A stretch of 64,000 nucleotides of DNA, taken from the NCBI GenBank assembly GCA_031409335.1, contig JANNWY010000012.1, positions 1 through 64,000 on the forward strand, written 5' to 3'. This DNA comes from Chthoniobacteraceae bacterium (GTDB lineage Bacteria > Verrucomicrobiota > Verrucomicrobiia > Chthoniobacterales > Chthoniobacteraceae). This document shows, in pieces, positions 39,773-49,480 of this stretch. A program made the translations under genes and the position numbers. The notes beneath the pieces are model-generated. The model was not told the origin of the DNA and searched no databases. It saw nothing but the letters and a program-made list of their open reading frames with translations. The stretch's first letter is position 1, and every line of letters starts with the position of its first letter.

Positions 39773-40945
39773 ATGAAAGCCGCCTTCTACTTCGCAATGC
39801 TGAGTCTTTCTGTCTTCGCAAATCTTGCGACTGCCGCGGAACCAGAAGTCTCGGACGTCTTTGTCTCAGGCCGCGATGGGTATAAATCCATTCGCATCCC
39901 ATCGGTGGTCACGACCAAAGTCGGCGTCGTGCTCGCGTTCGCGGAGGGGCGCGCGGCGAATGCGGATCAGGCGGCGAACGATTTGATCCTGCGGCGCAGC
40001 ATCGACGGCGGACGGACTTGGGAGCCGACGCAATTGGTGGCGGATGACGGTGACAATTCGCTGAACAATCCGTGCGCCGTGATCGTGCGCGAGACCGGGC
40101 GGGTGTTTGTGATGTTTCAAAGCTACCCCGCTGGCGCGAGCGAACGCAGCGGGCAGATTCAGCCAGGACTCGAAGGGCCGAATGTGGTGCGGAATCTTCT
40201 CGTGTGGTCGGACGATGATGGCCGCGCGTGGTCGCCCGCGATGGATGTCACGAAATCCACGAAGCGCGCGGGGCATGTGACCACGGTGGCGAGCGGTCCG
40301 GGCATCGGCATCCAACTCGCGAATGGCGAGCACGCGGGGCGATTGGTGATTCCGTTCAATGAGGGTCCGTTTGGCCTATGGAGTCTGTTCGCCGTTTTCA
40401 CCGATGATCGCGGGAAGACATGGCAGATCGGCGAGCCCGCGCCAGGTGGCTTTTTGCTGGATGGCAAGGGCGGTGGCACGAGCACGGTGAATGAAGTGCA
40501 GATGGTCGAGCGTTCCGATGGCTCGGTGCTGCTCAACGCTCGGAAATGGGCTGGCCGCGCAGTGCGAAAAAAGGCGGTGAGTCGCGATGGCGGCGCGACG
40601 TGGACGACGATCGCAGACGATGATGCGCTGCGCGATCCGGGCTGCCAGGCATCCCTCTTTCGCTATACCGATGCCAAGTCCGGCGGACATAGCCGCGTCC
40701 TTTACAGCGGCCCCGACAGTACGAAGCGCGAAAATGGCACGGTGCGTCTGAGCTACGATGACGGGCAGACTTGGGCCGTGAAAAAAGTGCTGCTCGCGGG
40801 GAGTTTTGGCTACAGCGTGCTGACGGCGATGCCGGATGGCACGATCGGCTGCCTGTATGAGACCGATGCGGAAAAGCGGATCGTCTTCGCGCGCTTCACG
40901 CTCGATTGGTTGAGCGATGGCAAGGACGTTTTGAAGGAACCCTAA
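39773..40945 (+). CDS. Secreted sialidase-family (GH33/BNR) protein
   Basis: RIP motif and Asp-boxes SIDGGRTW, SDDDGRAW, TDDRGKTW, SRDGGATW, SYDDGQTW. Confidence 0.9.
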   Translation: MKAAFYFAMLSLSVFANLATAAEPEVSDVFVSGRDGYKSIRIPSVVTTKVGVVLAFAEGRAANADQAANDLILRRSIDGGRTWEPTQLVADDGDNSLNNPCAVIVRETGRVFVMFQSYPAGASERSGQIQPGLEGPNVVRNLLVWSDDDGRAWSPAMDVTKSTKRAGHVTTVASGPGIGIQLANGEHAGRLVIPFNEGPFGLWSLFAVFTDDRGKTWQIGEPAPGGFLLDGKGGGTSTVNEVQMVERSDGSVLLNARKWAGRAVRKKAVSRDGGATWTTIADDDALRDPGCQASLFRYTDAKSGGHSRVLYSGPDSTKRENGTVRLSYDDGQTWAVKKVLLAGSFGYSVLTAMPDGTIGCLYETDAEKRIVFARFTLDWLSDGKDVLKEP

Positions 40946-40957
40946 CCGCCAACTGCC

Positions 40958-41881
40958 ATGCGTTGCGTGTTCCTGATTTCCATCATCGGCGTCATCGGCA
41001 CTGCCTTTGCGAATGACCCCGCGAATCTGCCAAATGTCGCGGCAAAGAAAGCGCTGCCATCTGCCAGTGGCTTGGCGGCGGCGTTTCCCGGCGACACGGG
41101 TTTGCGAGGTAACGCGGATGTGATTTTCGCGGAGGATTTCGAGAGTGGGGTGATCGGCGATGGGTGGGATGAGACGGGGAATCCTGATGGGAAGGTGCTC
41201 CAACTCGTGGCTCCCGAAGGCGACGCCGGACTCGGCAAACGCTGCCTGCGCGTGGAGGCGCATCTCGGCAAGGATACGGGCGGCGGGCTCACGAAATGGT
41301 TCGAGCCCGCTGACCCGCTCTTTGTTCGCTTTTACACGAAGTTCGATACGGCCTGCGACTACGTGCATCACTTTGTGACGCTGCGCGCCAACAAGGGTCT
41401 GCGCGGCGGGGACAGGTGGACGGGCTTTGGCAAGGCGGGCTTGAAGCCGGAAGGCAGCGAACGCTTTTCCACCGCGATCGAGCCGTGGGGAAACTGGGGA
41501 AAATTTCCGCCGCCCGGACGCTGGAACTTTTACAGCTACTGGCACGAGATGGAGAAATCCAAGGACGGCAAATACTGGGGAAACTCGTTCGCCGTTCCCG
41601 ACGCGCCGGTGATCCCGCGCGACCGCTGGATTTGCGTCGAGTTCATGCTTAAACACAACACGCCCGGCGAGCGTGATGGTGAGCAGGCGTTCTGGATCAA
41701 TGGCGCGCTGTTAGGCCACTGGCAAGGCATCAACTGGCGCCAGACCGCGCAGCTCAAGGCAAACGCGCTGACGCTGGAGAGCTACATCACCGACAACTGG
41801 ACCAAGAATCCGGTGAACGTCGTTTCCTTCGACAACGTGGTCCTCGCCCGGCGCTACATCGGGCCGACGGCGGCGAAATGA
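40958..41881 (+). CDS. Secreted ConA/LamG or polysaccharide-lyase-like beta-sandwich protein
   Basis: Signal peptide, FAEDFESG, LFVRFY.KF, FYSYW, W.CVE...K.NTPG..DG....W.NG, FDNVV.A. Confidence 0.65.
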   Translation: MRCVFLISIIGVIGTAFANDPANLPNVAAKKALPSASGLAAAFPGDTGLRGNADVIFAEDFESGVIGDGWDETGNPDGKVLQLVAPEGDAGLGKRCLRVEAHLGKDTGGGLTKWFEPADPLFVRFYTKFDTACDYVHHFVTLRANKGLRGGDRWTGFGKAGLKPEGSERFSTAIEPWGNWGKFPPPGRWNFYSYWHEMEKSKDGKYWGNSFAVPDAPVIPRDRWICVEFMLKHNTPGERDGEQAFWINGALLGHWQGINWRQTAQLKANALTLESYITDNWTKNPVNVVSFDNVVLARRYIGPTAAK

Positions 41882-42003
41882 GCGAGGTGGATGGCGTCGC
41901 TCCGCGCGCCATGAGACAACACGCGACCGCACCTTACATAGAAAGAAATGCGCCTTCGGCATCGGGAACCCATGTCGAGCGGGGCGACGCCACGCACGTT
42001 GCC

Positions 42004-42249
42004 CTAACGCGCCCCGCCGTCTTCCACGATCTCAAACGCTGCCTTTTCCCCAAAACGCGCGGCGGCTGCGTTCAGGATATTGCGAATCGCCAGGATCGTC
42101 TGCCCCTGCTTGCCGACGACCTTCCCGATGTCGCTCTGCCGCACGCGGAGCTTGAAGATCGTTTTCTTATTCGCCTCGGAAGTCGTGAGCACCATTTCGT
42201 CGGGGAAATCGACAAGATGCCGCAGCACGAATTCCAGGAACTCCTGCAT
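42004..42249 (-). CDS. khpA: KH-domain RNA-binding protein
   Basis: LVDFPD, DIGKVVGKQG.T..AIR; downstream of rpsP. Confidence 0.9.
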   Translation of the reverse strand: MQEFLEFVLRHLVDFPDEMVLTTSEANKKTIFKLRVRQSDIGKVVGKQGQTILAIRNILNAAAARFGEKAAFEIVEDGGAR

Positions 42250-42304
42250 GGCGAGAGGCTGATCCACGAGAATCGCGGGAGTGGCGCCGAATAATCGGCC
42301 CGGT

Positions 42305-42562
42305 TTACTTCGCCGCGGCGTTCGCCTTGCGGAGCTTTTTGATGATGCTGCGGACGGTCTCGCTGGGCTGTGCGCCCTTGTCGATCCAGTAGTCGGCTCG
42401 ACTCAGGTCGATGTTCGCGTTGGAGCCAGCTTTCTTCGGATCGTAGTTGCCGATGATCTCGATGAATTTGCCATCACGCGGGCTGCGCTGATCGGCGACG
42501 ACGACTTTGTAGTAGGGATTGTTGAGTGCGCCTTCGCGGCGGAGACGGATGGATACGGACAT
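42305..42562 (-). CDS. rpsP: 30S ribosomal protein S16
   Basis: IRL.R.G....PYY.VVVAD.RSPRDG.FIE..G.YDP, GAQPSETV. Confidence 0.97.
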   Translation of the reverse strand: MSVSIRLRREGALNNPYYKVVVADQRSPRDGKFIEIIGNYDPKKAGSNANIDLSRADYWIDKGAQPSETVRSIIKKLRKANAAAK

Positions 42563-42580
42563 AATTCTGTGTGCGGTTGG

Positions 42581-43909
42581 TTATCTGATTCCGAAATTGG
42601 CGCCTTGGGCGCGCGCCATCATTTTCTTCATTTTGCCCATGTTCTTCATCATCTTGCGCATCTCGGAAAAGCGCTTGAGGAGATCGTTCACTTCGGTCAC
42701 CGAGACACCGCTTCCACGGGCGATGCGCTGCCGGCGGCGGGCATTTAGAATGTCCGGGTTTTTCCGCTCTGGCTGCGTCATCGAAAGCACAATGGCTTCG
42801 ACCCGCTTCATCTGTTTCTCGTCAACCGAAAAGCCTTTCACGTTGGACATCCCCGGCACAAGCGCAAGCAGATTTTCCAATGGCCCGAGTTTCTTCATCA
42901 TTTTGAACTGGGTCAGAAAATCATTCAGATCGAAGGACGCCGTGCGCAGCTTTTCCTCCATCGCCCGCGCTTCATCCTCGTCGATCGCCGCCGCCGCCTT
43001 TTCCACGAGCGAAACGATGTCGCCCATGCCGAGGATGCGGCCCGCGAGACGGTCGGGATGGAACGGCTCGAACTGATCCAGTTTTTCGCCCATGCCGGCG
43101 AATTTGATCGGCTGCTGCGTGACCTCGCGCATCGAGAGCGCCGCGCCGCCGCGCGCGTCGCCATCGAGTTTCGTGAGCACGAGTCCGGTGAGCCCGAGCG
43201 CTTCGTGGAAATGTGTCGCCACACTGACTGCCTGCTGGCCCGTCGCCGCATCCGCGACCAGCAATACTTCCTGCGGCTGCAGAAATTCCTTGAGCCGGCG
43301 AATCTCCGCAATCAGCACCTCGTCGATTTCCTGCCGTCCGGCCGTGTCGAAAATGGTGACGTTCCCCGGCTGCTCCTTCGCCCATTCCAGCGCGAGCTTC
43401 GCGACCTTCACCACATCCGTCTCGCCCGCGATTGGGATGAAAACGGGCACGTCGATCTGCCGTCCGAGCGTCGCGAGTTGCTCGATTGCGGCTGGCCGGT
43501 GAAGGTCACACGCGATCAACAGCGGCGTGCGGCCTTCCTTTTTCAGCCACTTCGCCAACTTCGCGGAAGATGTTGTTTTACCCGCGCCGTTGAGGCCGAC
43601 GATCAGGATGCGCGCGGGCTTGTCCAGATTCAGCGGCGAGGCATTGCCGCCTAGCAGCACAGTGAGTTCGTCGTGGAAAATTTTTACGATCTGCTGCCCT
43701 GGGGAAACTGATCGCAACACGTGCTCGCCAGTCGCCTTTTCCTTCACCCGGGCGATAAATCCCTTCGCCACCGAAAACTCCACATCAGCCTCCAGCAGCG
43801 CCATCCGCACTTCGCGGAGAGCGTCGGCAATGTTCGACTCCGAGATCTTCCCAAGACCGCGCAGGTCTTTGAAGACGTCCTGAAGTTTGTCGGCAAGGAT
43901 TGAGAACAT
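42581..43909 (-). CDS. ffh: Signal recognition particle protein
   Basis: ALLEADV, GLNGAGKTT, DTAGR, TKLDGDARGG, M-domain RR.RIARGSG. Confidence 0.97.
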   Translation of the reverse strand: MFSILADKLQDVFKDLRGLGKISESNIADALREVRMALLEADVEFSVAKGFIARVKEKATGEHVLRSVSPGQQIVKIFHDELTVLLGGNASPLNLDKPARILIVGLNGAGKTTSSAKLAKWLKKEGRTPLLIACDLHRPAAIEQLATLGRQIDVPVFIPIAGETDVVKVAKLALEWAKEQPGNVTIFDTAGRQEIDEVLIAEIRRLKEFLQPQEVLLVADAATGQQAVSVATHFHEALGLTGLVLTKLDGDARGGAALSMREVTQQPIKFAGMGEKLDQFEPFHPDRLAGRILGMGDIVSLVEKAAAAIDEDEARAMEEKLRTASFDLNDFLTQFKMMKKLGPLENLLALVPGMSNVKGFSVDEKQMKRVEAIVLSMTQPERKNPDILNARRRQRIARGSGVSVTEVNDLLKRFSEMRKMMKNMGKMKKMMARAQGANFGIR

Positions 43910-44011
43910 TGGTAGAGCGGACGCGGACCTTAGACAAGAATCGCGGCTTGTCGAGCAGCTTGGAGCGCTTGCGAAAGCGTCGCTGTTTTCGGGTGATGCC
44001 TCGGTCCGTAT

Positions 44012-44342
44012 TTGGCGCGCCGGAGTGCGAGGGATGGATGTCATAGGACTGATCTCACCCGGCGTTTCCGCGCCAATTTTCAGGTGGGTTGCGCTACTCT
44101 TACCGCCACGAGGAGGCTCGCTCTTGAAAGTCGGAGAGGCGCAGGGCAGTTGCCTCGCAGCCAATCGTAGGACGGTCGAGGACCGGAAAGCAGACCTCGA
44201 AAGGGACAAAATCCGGTCAGCATCACGTCCCCACCCGGCTGGCCGTCCTTCCCTCCCGGACGACCCGGCGCTGGTGCCGGCGTGGGTCGGCAGCAGTCAC
44301 CAGTTTCGTGCTACCCATCGGTGTCCTAGCAGTCGCACCCAC
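44012..44342 (+). ncRNA. Candidate structured non-coding RNA or leader (family not recognised)
   Basis: Several nested complementary stems found by eye in a 490-bp intergenic gap; see findings. Confidence 0.35.
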
Positions 44343-44398
44343 ATTTTCCATGCATCTTCTCTTTGACGAAATGTAGAATTGGGAGTTAGACGTTACTA

Positions 44399-44905
44399 AT
44401 GGCAACCAACAATCCATCCATCCAGCAACTAAAACGCGCTCTGACTATCTCGGAACAAATCGAGAAACTTCAGGGTGAACTAGCATCCATCCTCGGCAGC
44501 GCAGCTCCTGCTTCCGCGCCTAAAACCATCGCCACGAAACCCGCAAAAGCAGGTGCCCGCACCTTGTCGCCGGAAGCCCGCGAGAAGATCGCAGCCGCGG
44601 CCCGCGCCCGCTGGGCACGCGCCAAAGGCACCGCGCCATCCGCAGCCTCAAAGCCGGCGGCTGCACCGAAAAAGAAAGGTGGCCTGACACCTGAAGGCCG
44701 GGCAAAGCTGGCGGCATCCATGAAGGCTCGCTGGGCTGCGCGGCGCAAAGGCGCACCCGCACCCACCAAACCCTCCGCGGCAAAGGCTGCCCCCAAGAAG
44801 GCAGCAGCCCCCGCGGATGGAGGCAAGAGAACCATCAGCCCCGAAGCACGTGCGAGGATGATCGAGGGTGCGAAACGGCGCTGGGCGAGCAAGAAGAATG
44901 GCTGA
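44399..44905 (+). CDS. Lys/Ala-rich histone-like protein with three (S/T)PExR...(A/R)RWA repeats
   Basis: LSPEAREKIAAAARARWA / LTPEGRAKLAASMKARWA / ISPEARARMIEGAKRRWA after a short N-terminal coiled coil. Confidence 0.8.
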   Translation: MATNNPSIQQLKRALTISEQIEKLQGELASILGSAAPASAPKTIATKPAKAGARTLSPEAREKIAAAARARWARAKGTAPSAASKPAAAPKKKGGLTPEGRAKLAASMKARWAARRKGAPAPTKPSAAKAAPKKAAAPADGGKRTISPEARARMIEGAKRRWASKKNG

Positions 44906-45069
44906 ACCGAGTAGGACCATCCGTCGCGATGGTCGAACCTAAAGAATTACCGTCGTGTGCTGTTCAAGCCGGCCGCGACGGAAGATTGAAGATCAAAATG
45001 TTTGGGAAGGAGTCGAGCACTCCGCGGATTGCGTCGGGATTCCACCCGCCAGTATCGAAGTGCTGGAAG

Positions 45070-45145
45070 TGGTAGCGCTAACGGGATTCGAACCCGTGTC
45101 CCCGCCTTGAGAGGGCAGTGTCCTAGGCCTCTAGACGATAGCGCC
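45070..45145 (-). tRNA. tRNA-Glu(CTC)
   Basis: GGCGCTA acceptor stem, anticodon arm CTGCC-CTCTCAA-GGCGG, GGTTCGAATCC, encoded CCA. Confidence 0.97.
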
Positions 45146-45200
45146 GTTTAGAAGAGGGCCGCGATGGTAGCGCGACTCCGCGGAATGCTCAAACGGTATT

Positions 45201-45686
45201 TCACCGGATTTGTGTTTCCCTCTCTTCAGCATCCAATTCATTCGCTGGCTTCACCCATTTGGCTCGCTGGCGCGCATCGGGATCGAGATGCCACGCGAGC
45301 GATTTTCGCAGAGTTTCGACGCGAGGTTTCACGGACGAGTCGATCTTGACCATTCGATCGCAGAGCAATTTGTAGTATCCCTTTAGCGCATCGCGCTTTT
45401 CCGGATCAGTCTTCGCCGTTTGAGCCCGATCCCATTCATGCCGCACTTTCGGATCTTGCAGCGCCTTCGTCTTGGCCTCGCGGTAGCGAATCCTTAGTTG
45501 GAGATCATCGGATTCCTGCTCGGTCGAGGATTTCTTTTTCGGCGGCGGAGCGGACTTGGATTTTGGCTCTGTCGCGAACTGCGGTGTTTCGGGGATCAGC
45601 CCCAATGATTCGCCCGGAAGCTCCTGCGCGATGGCGTTCGCGGCGAACCAGCAAAGGAGTGGTGAAATGGTGGCAAGTCGTGTCAT
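45201..45686 (-). CDS. Hypothetical secreted helical protein
   Basis: Signal peptide MTRLATISPLLCWFAANAIA and a charged helical body. Confidence 0.65.
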   Translation of the reverse strand: MTRLATISPLLCWFAANAIAQELPGESLGLIPETPQFATEPKSKSAPPPKKKSSTEQESDDLQLRIRYREAKTKALQDPKVRHEWDRAQTAKTDPEKRDALKGYYKLLCDRMVKIDSSVKPRVETLRKSLAWHLDPDARQRAKWVKPANELDAEERETQIR

Positions 45687-45758
45687 AAGCGAAAGAAATT
45701 CCGACCGTAGCCAAAAAATTTCATTTGAAAAGCGCGCCCTTCCCGCGCACTTCGATCC

Positions 45759-47009
45759 ATGCCCGCGGCAGCTGCAACGATTCGTAAACTTTCCCTTGGT
45801 CTCACACCGGTCGAGGTCGCTGCGCGTTGCCGTCACCTGCCGGACATGGTGTTTTTTGATACCTCGCTGGAGTCTGCTGCTGCTGGAGAAATCTCGATTG
45901 TTGGCGCGAATCCCGAATGGGTGATCGAAGGCCACGCTGAGGAAGACTGGAAGGCATTGCGGGCCGCGTTGGCATTGCGGCAGACCGCGAATTTGCGGGA
46001 CGATGCCATCCCTCATGGCTTTGCCGCGGGGGTTGTGGAGTATGATGGCGCGTTTCGCTTTGGCTTCTACGAGGACGCCCTCATCTACCGGCATGGGGAC
46101 CAAAGCTGGATCGAAATCGGGGACCTGCGCTCGCAGTTCGCGGAACCAAGCCCCGCGCAGCCTTTCAGCCGTCCAAAGTTTGAACTCACGGTCGAGCGCG
46201 AGCACTACTGCGGATGGGTCGCGCGGGCGCTGGAATACATCGCTGCTGGCGACATTTATCAGGTAAATCTAGCCCATCGCCTCGCCGCCAAATGGCACGG
46301 GGATGCGTTTTCGTTTTACTCGGCACTGCGTCATTATTCACCCGCGCCACACGCAGCCTTTCTCCAGTCTGGCGCGCGGGCAGTGTTGTCTGCCTCGCCG
46401 GAAACTTTTCTAAAAATGTCCGGTCGCTCGATTCGCACGCGGCCCATCAAAGGTACGCGTCCGCGCCGCGCCGCATTGGATGCGGATGAAAAGTCCGCCT
46501 ACGACCTCATCACTTCGCAAAAGGAGATCGCCGAACTGGTAATGATCACGGACATGGAGCGCAACGACTTGGGCCAGGTTTGCGAGTTTGGGAGCGTCAG
46601 CGTTCCGGAATTGTTGAAGCTGGAACGTTTCGAACAGGTCTTTCACCTGACTTCCACCGTCGATGGGTCTTTGCGGCAGGATGTGGACCATGTCACCGCG
46701 CTGCGGGCGTGCTTTCCTGGAGGCTCGATCACAGGCGCGCCGAAGAAGCGGGCGAGAGAGATCATCGCGGACCTGGAATGCGAACGCCGCGGCCTCTACA
46801 CCGGTGCGATCGGCTGGTTCGGATTTAACGGCGAAAGCCAGTTCAGCATCGCCATTCGCACGGTCGTCGTGGAGGCCAGCACCGCGCATTTCCACGTCGG
46901 CGCAGGCATCGTCGCGGACTCCATTCCTGCGAGGGAATGGCAGGAGACGCTGGATAAAGCGGCGGGCATCCTGCTGGCAGCGGAACGGATGGCGAATGAC
47001 CCACCCTGA
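45759..47009 (+). CDS. pabB: Aminodeoxychorismate synthase component I (chorismate-binding)
   Basis: GDIYQVNL, SPETFL, TRPIKGT, ELVMITD.ERNDL, FPGGSITGAPK, GAGIVADS. Confidence 0.88.
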   Translation: MPAAAATIRKLSLGLTPVEVAARCRHLPDMVFFDTSLESAAAGEISIVGANPEWVIEGHAEEDWKALRAALALRQTANLRDDAIPHGFAAGVVEYDGAFRFGFYEDALIYRHGDQSWIEIGDLRSQFAEPSPAQPFSRPKFELTVEREHYCGWVARALEYIAAGDIYQVNLAHRLAAKWHGDAFSFYSALRHYSPAPHAAFLQSGARAVLSASPETFLKMSGRSIRTRPIKGTRPRRAALDADEKSAYDLITSQKEIAELVMITDMERNDLGQVCEFGSVSVPELLKLERFEQVFHLTSTVDGSLRQDVDHVTALRACFPGGSITGAPKKRAREIIADLECERRGLYTGAIGWFGFNGESQFSIAIRTVVVEASTAHFHVGAGIVADSIPAREWQETLDKAAGILLAAERMANDPP

Positions 47010-47036
47010 CTGCCACTGTTAGCCCCCCGGAAAAAC

Positions 47037-48415
47037 GGCTTTTCGCTAGCTTGGGTGGCTAAAAGCTGAAGGGATTTGGAGGTCGAGACGGCCAGCAATC
47101 CAATAGCAGATGGCTTGGAGATTCTCGAAGTTGCGGAAGCCTCGGGCGCGGCGGCGGGCGGTTTGGATGATGCTATTGATGGACTCGATGGCCGCCGAGG
47201 TGATGCGGTGAGGGCAATAGGCGAGGATGCCATCCCAATGGCTTTTGAGGGTTTGGGCCAGTTTCTTGAAGGGTGCCAGGCGGCTGCGCACCGCCCACGA
47301 GCCACTCGGCCCTGAGCTCTTGGCCGAAGGGCACCAGGCTTTGAGATGGACCTCGGCACTGGCTGCTCCGGGCCATTCCCAGGTGTCCTTGAGGCTCTCT
47401 CGGACCGCCATGGCACGGCCGAGTTCTTTGTGCCGGGCACAGAGGTCGTGGCGCAATTGGAGCTGCGCCTGGCTCAAACGGCTCTCATTGCCACGCAAGG
47501 CCGAGAGCGCGCCTTTCAGCTCCGCTCCTTCGTGCTGGAGTTGCTTGCGCACTTCATCCAAGGCCTTGCCGGCCAGTTGCATGACATGGAAGCGGTCAAA
47601 CACAATCTGGGCCTTGGACAGATGCTCGCGCACTCCCTTCTGGTAGGCGGCGCTCATGTCGATGGCCGCGAGTCGCACCTGTGCGGACTGGGCTCCATGC
47701 GCGGGCATCGCCGACACAAACTGGCCGACACTCGCCGCGGTGCGTTCAGGGGTTATGAACAAGAGTCGTGCGGGTTGCTCTTGTTGCGGATCAATCTCGA
47801 CCACCACGGTGGCGTAACGCTGTCCTTTGCGCGTGGCCGTGTCGTCAATGGCCACCGCCTGCACGGCGCTCCAATCCTGCCGCTCATGCGCCCGAGCCAC
47901 ATCATGGCGCACGATGCGTCAGAGACGGGTGTCGTGTTCTGCCATGAGTTCTGAGGTGGACCCCGCTCATTGGACATTGGAGGAGCTTTCAGGATTTGTA
48001 TTCATGGTATTGTTTATTGGGTTGCTGCCGAGTTTGGTTCCTAACGATTGAGTTTGATTGAATTCGGAGGTATAACCCGCTCCCAAGCAGCAGCAGGGAA
48101 GGAGGGATCGCGAAGCTGTGCTTCGCGATGAGCAGCGACGCTTCGCTGGAAGCGGAACGCTCCCAAGCGCAGCGGGGGACCGAGGGGAAAATTGAGGGTC
48201 GAGCGAGAGGACCGCCGTGAAAAACAGGCTCGACTTTACACCCGTGCTTCGGGCAATAAATCGTCGGCGGCGGGGCACGGCCGCGCACCGCCAGCGACCG
48301 CATTTGTAACTTGGGAATAAAGTTCATCGTTCTTTGGAAGAACGATTGGGCGGAAAACTGAAAACCGTCGGGAACGGCAGGGAGAATATTGAGAATTTTT
48401 AGCTGCGCTAGAGCC
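47037..48415 (-). mobile_element. Degenerate ISL3-family element
   Basis: Imperfect terminal IRs GGCTTTTCGCTAGCT (47037) and GGCTCTAGCGCAGCT (48415, minus strand); no matching target duplication seen, so the 48415 boundary is uncertain. Confidence 0.65.
47046..48005 (-). pseudogene. ISL3 transposase pseudogene
   Basis: AIDD, IDMS.AY, FDRFHV, ESINS.IQ..RR.ARGFRN motifs; EHDTRL*RIV nonsense codon; N-terminal zinc-finger region missing. Confidence 0.88.
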
Positions 48416-48439
48416 GGTCAGGCACTTTCCGCCTCTAAA

Positions 48440-48531
48440 TCAGAGAGAGACAGAGAACACGGAGCGACACAGAGATTCTTCCGAGACCGATTTTCCGCCT
48501 CTGCTTCTCTATGTCCTCTGTCTCTCTGTGT
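48440..48531. repeat. Degenerate AG-rich/CT-rich inverted repeat with about 9-bp period
   Basis: CAGAGAGAGACAGAGAACACGGAG...CTCTATGTCCTCTGTCTCTCTGTG. Confidence 0.6.
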
Positions 48532-48634
48532 TTAAGAAATGGTGGAAGCGCACAGTGAGCTTGCCCCAGTTTGAATCACACCGGACCGGCCTTTTCCCTT
48601 TTCATCCGAAGCACTTTGCGTCTTGTTCTGGTTC

Positions 48635-49399
48635 ATGTTCAGCAACATTTCCGTCGCCCTTCTGTGCATCGCGCCTTTGGTCCGCGCCGCGCCACCGGAT
48701 GCGGACGGGGCGGGCTTCAATGCGCTGATTCTTCAAGTCATCCAGTCGATGCCGCGCGAGGGCGGCTACAGCGTTGCATCACCAGCCAGCAAGCTGCTTT
48801 CCGAATCCATCCGCCTCGCGCCGCGCAATCTCAGTGTCGAGCCAGCGCGCGCAAATCCGAGCTACTGCAGCGGCGCGACGTATCTGGTCTTTGCCGGTGT
48901 GTGCCAGTGGCTCATCCGCGACGGAGATCTCGCGCTTTCCGACGAGGCGTTGCGCGCTTTGCTCGTCACGGGGCAGCGCGATGGCGTGGGCATTTGGGGG
49001 CGATGGAATGCCAACGGGCCGGGAACGGCGCGGCTGTTTCGCGAGCTCGATTTGGGGAAAAATTTCACCGACTGGAATCAGGCGCGCGCGGGTGATTTCA
49101 TGAAGATTTTCTGGAACAATGAGATCGGCGTGAAGGAACGCGGGCACTCGGTGGTATTTCTGGGAACCGAAACGGAGGGCGGCGTGGAATACGTGCGCTT
49201 TTGGTCCAGCAACAAACCGCGCGGGTACGGCGAAAAGCGCGTCACTCGGCGCAGCGTTTCCTACGCGATTTTTTCGCGGCTCGAAACGCCCGGCAATCTT
49301 GCCCGCGCTGCCGGGCTGCCAGGCCGCGACGCGTTTCTTGCAAACATGCTCACCGCAAGATTTTCGCAGGCGGAGGTGCGGGAGAAGTGCGGGATGTGA
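48635..49399 (+). CDS. Secreted protein with a possible papain-like (NlpC/P60) Cys-His fold
   Basis: Signal peptide, SYCSG, AGDF, GHSVVFLG, WSSN. Confidence 0.55.
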   Translation: MFSNISVALLCIAPLVRAAPPDADGAGFNALILQVIQSMPREGGYSVASPASKLLSESIRLAPRNLSVEPARANPSYCSGATYLVFAGVCQWLIRDGDLALSDEALRALLVTGQRDGVGIWGRWNANGPGTARLFRELDLGKNFTDWNQARAGDFMKIFWNNEIGVKERGHSVVFLGTETEGGVEYVRFWSSNKPRGYGEKRVTRRSVSYAIFSRLETPGNLARAAGLPGRDAFLANMLTARFSQAEVREKCGM

Positions 49400-49480
49400 T
49401 GGTGAAAGCGGCGGCGTTGCGGCGGTCGCAGGTCGAGTCGGACCTTGCGGAAACGCGACGAACTTCTACGATTCCCTGCC

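Noticed and set aside
44170..44200. SRP RNA (ffs) next to ffh, suggested by GAGGACCGGAAAGCAG
   Set aside because: The GGAA is not closed by the helix-8 stem (no complementary GGT after it), so the SRP core cannot form
44181..44220. c-di-GMP-I or cobalamin riboswitch
   Set aside because: Only a GAAA hairpin matches; the other conserved elements are missing
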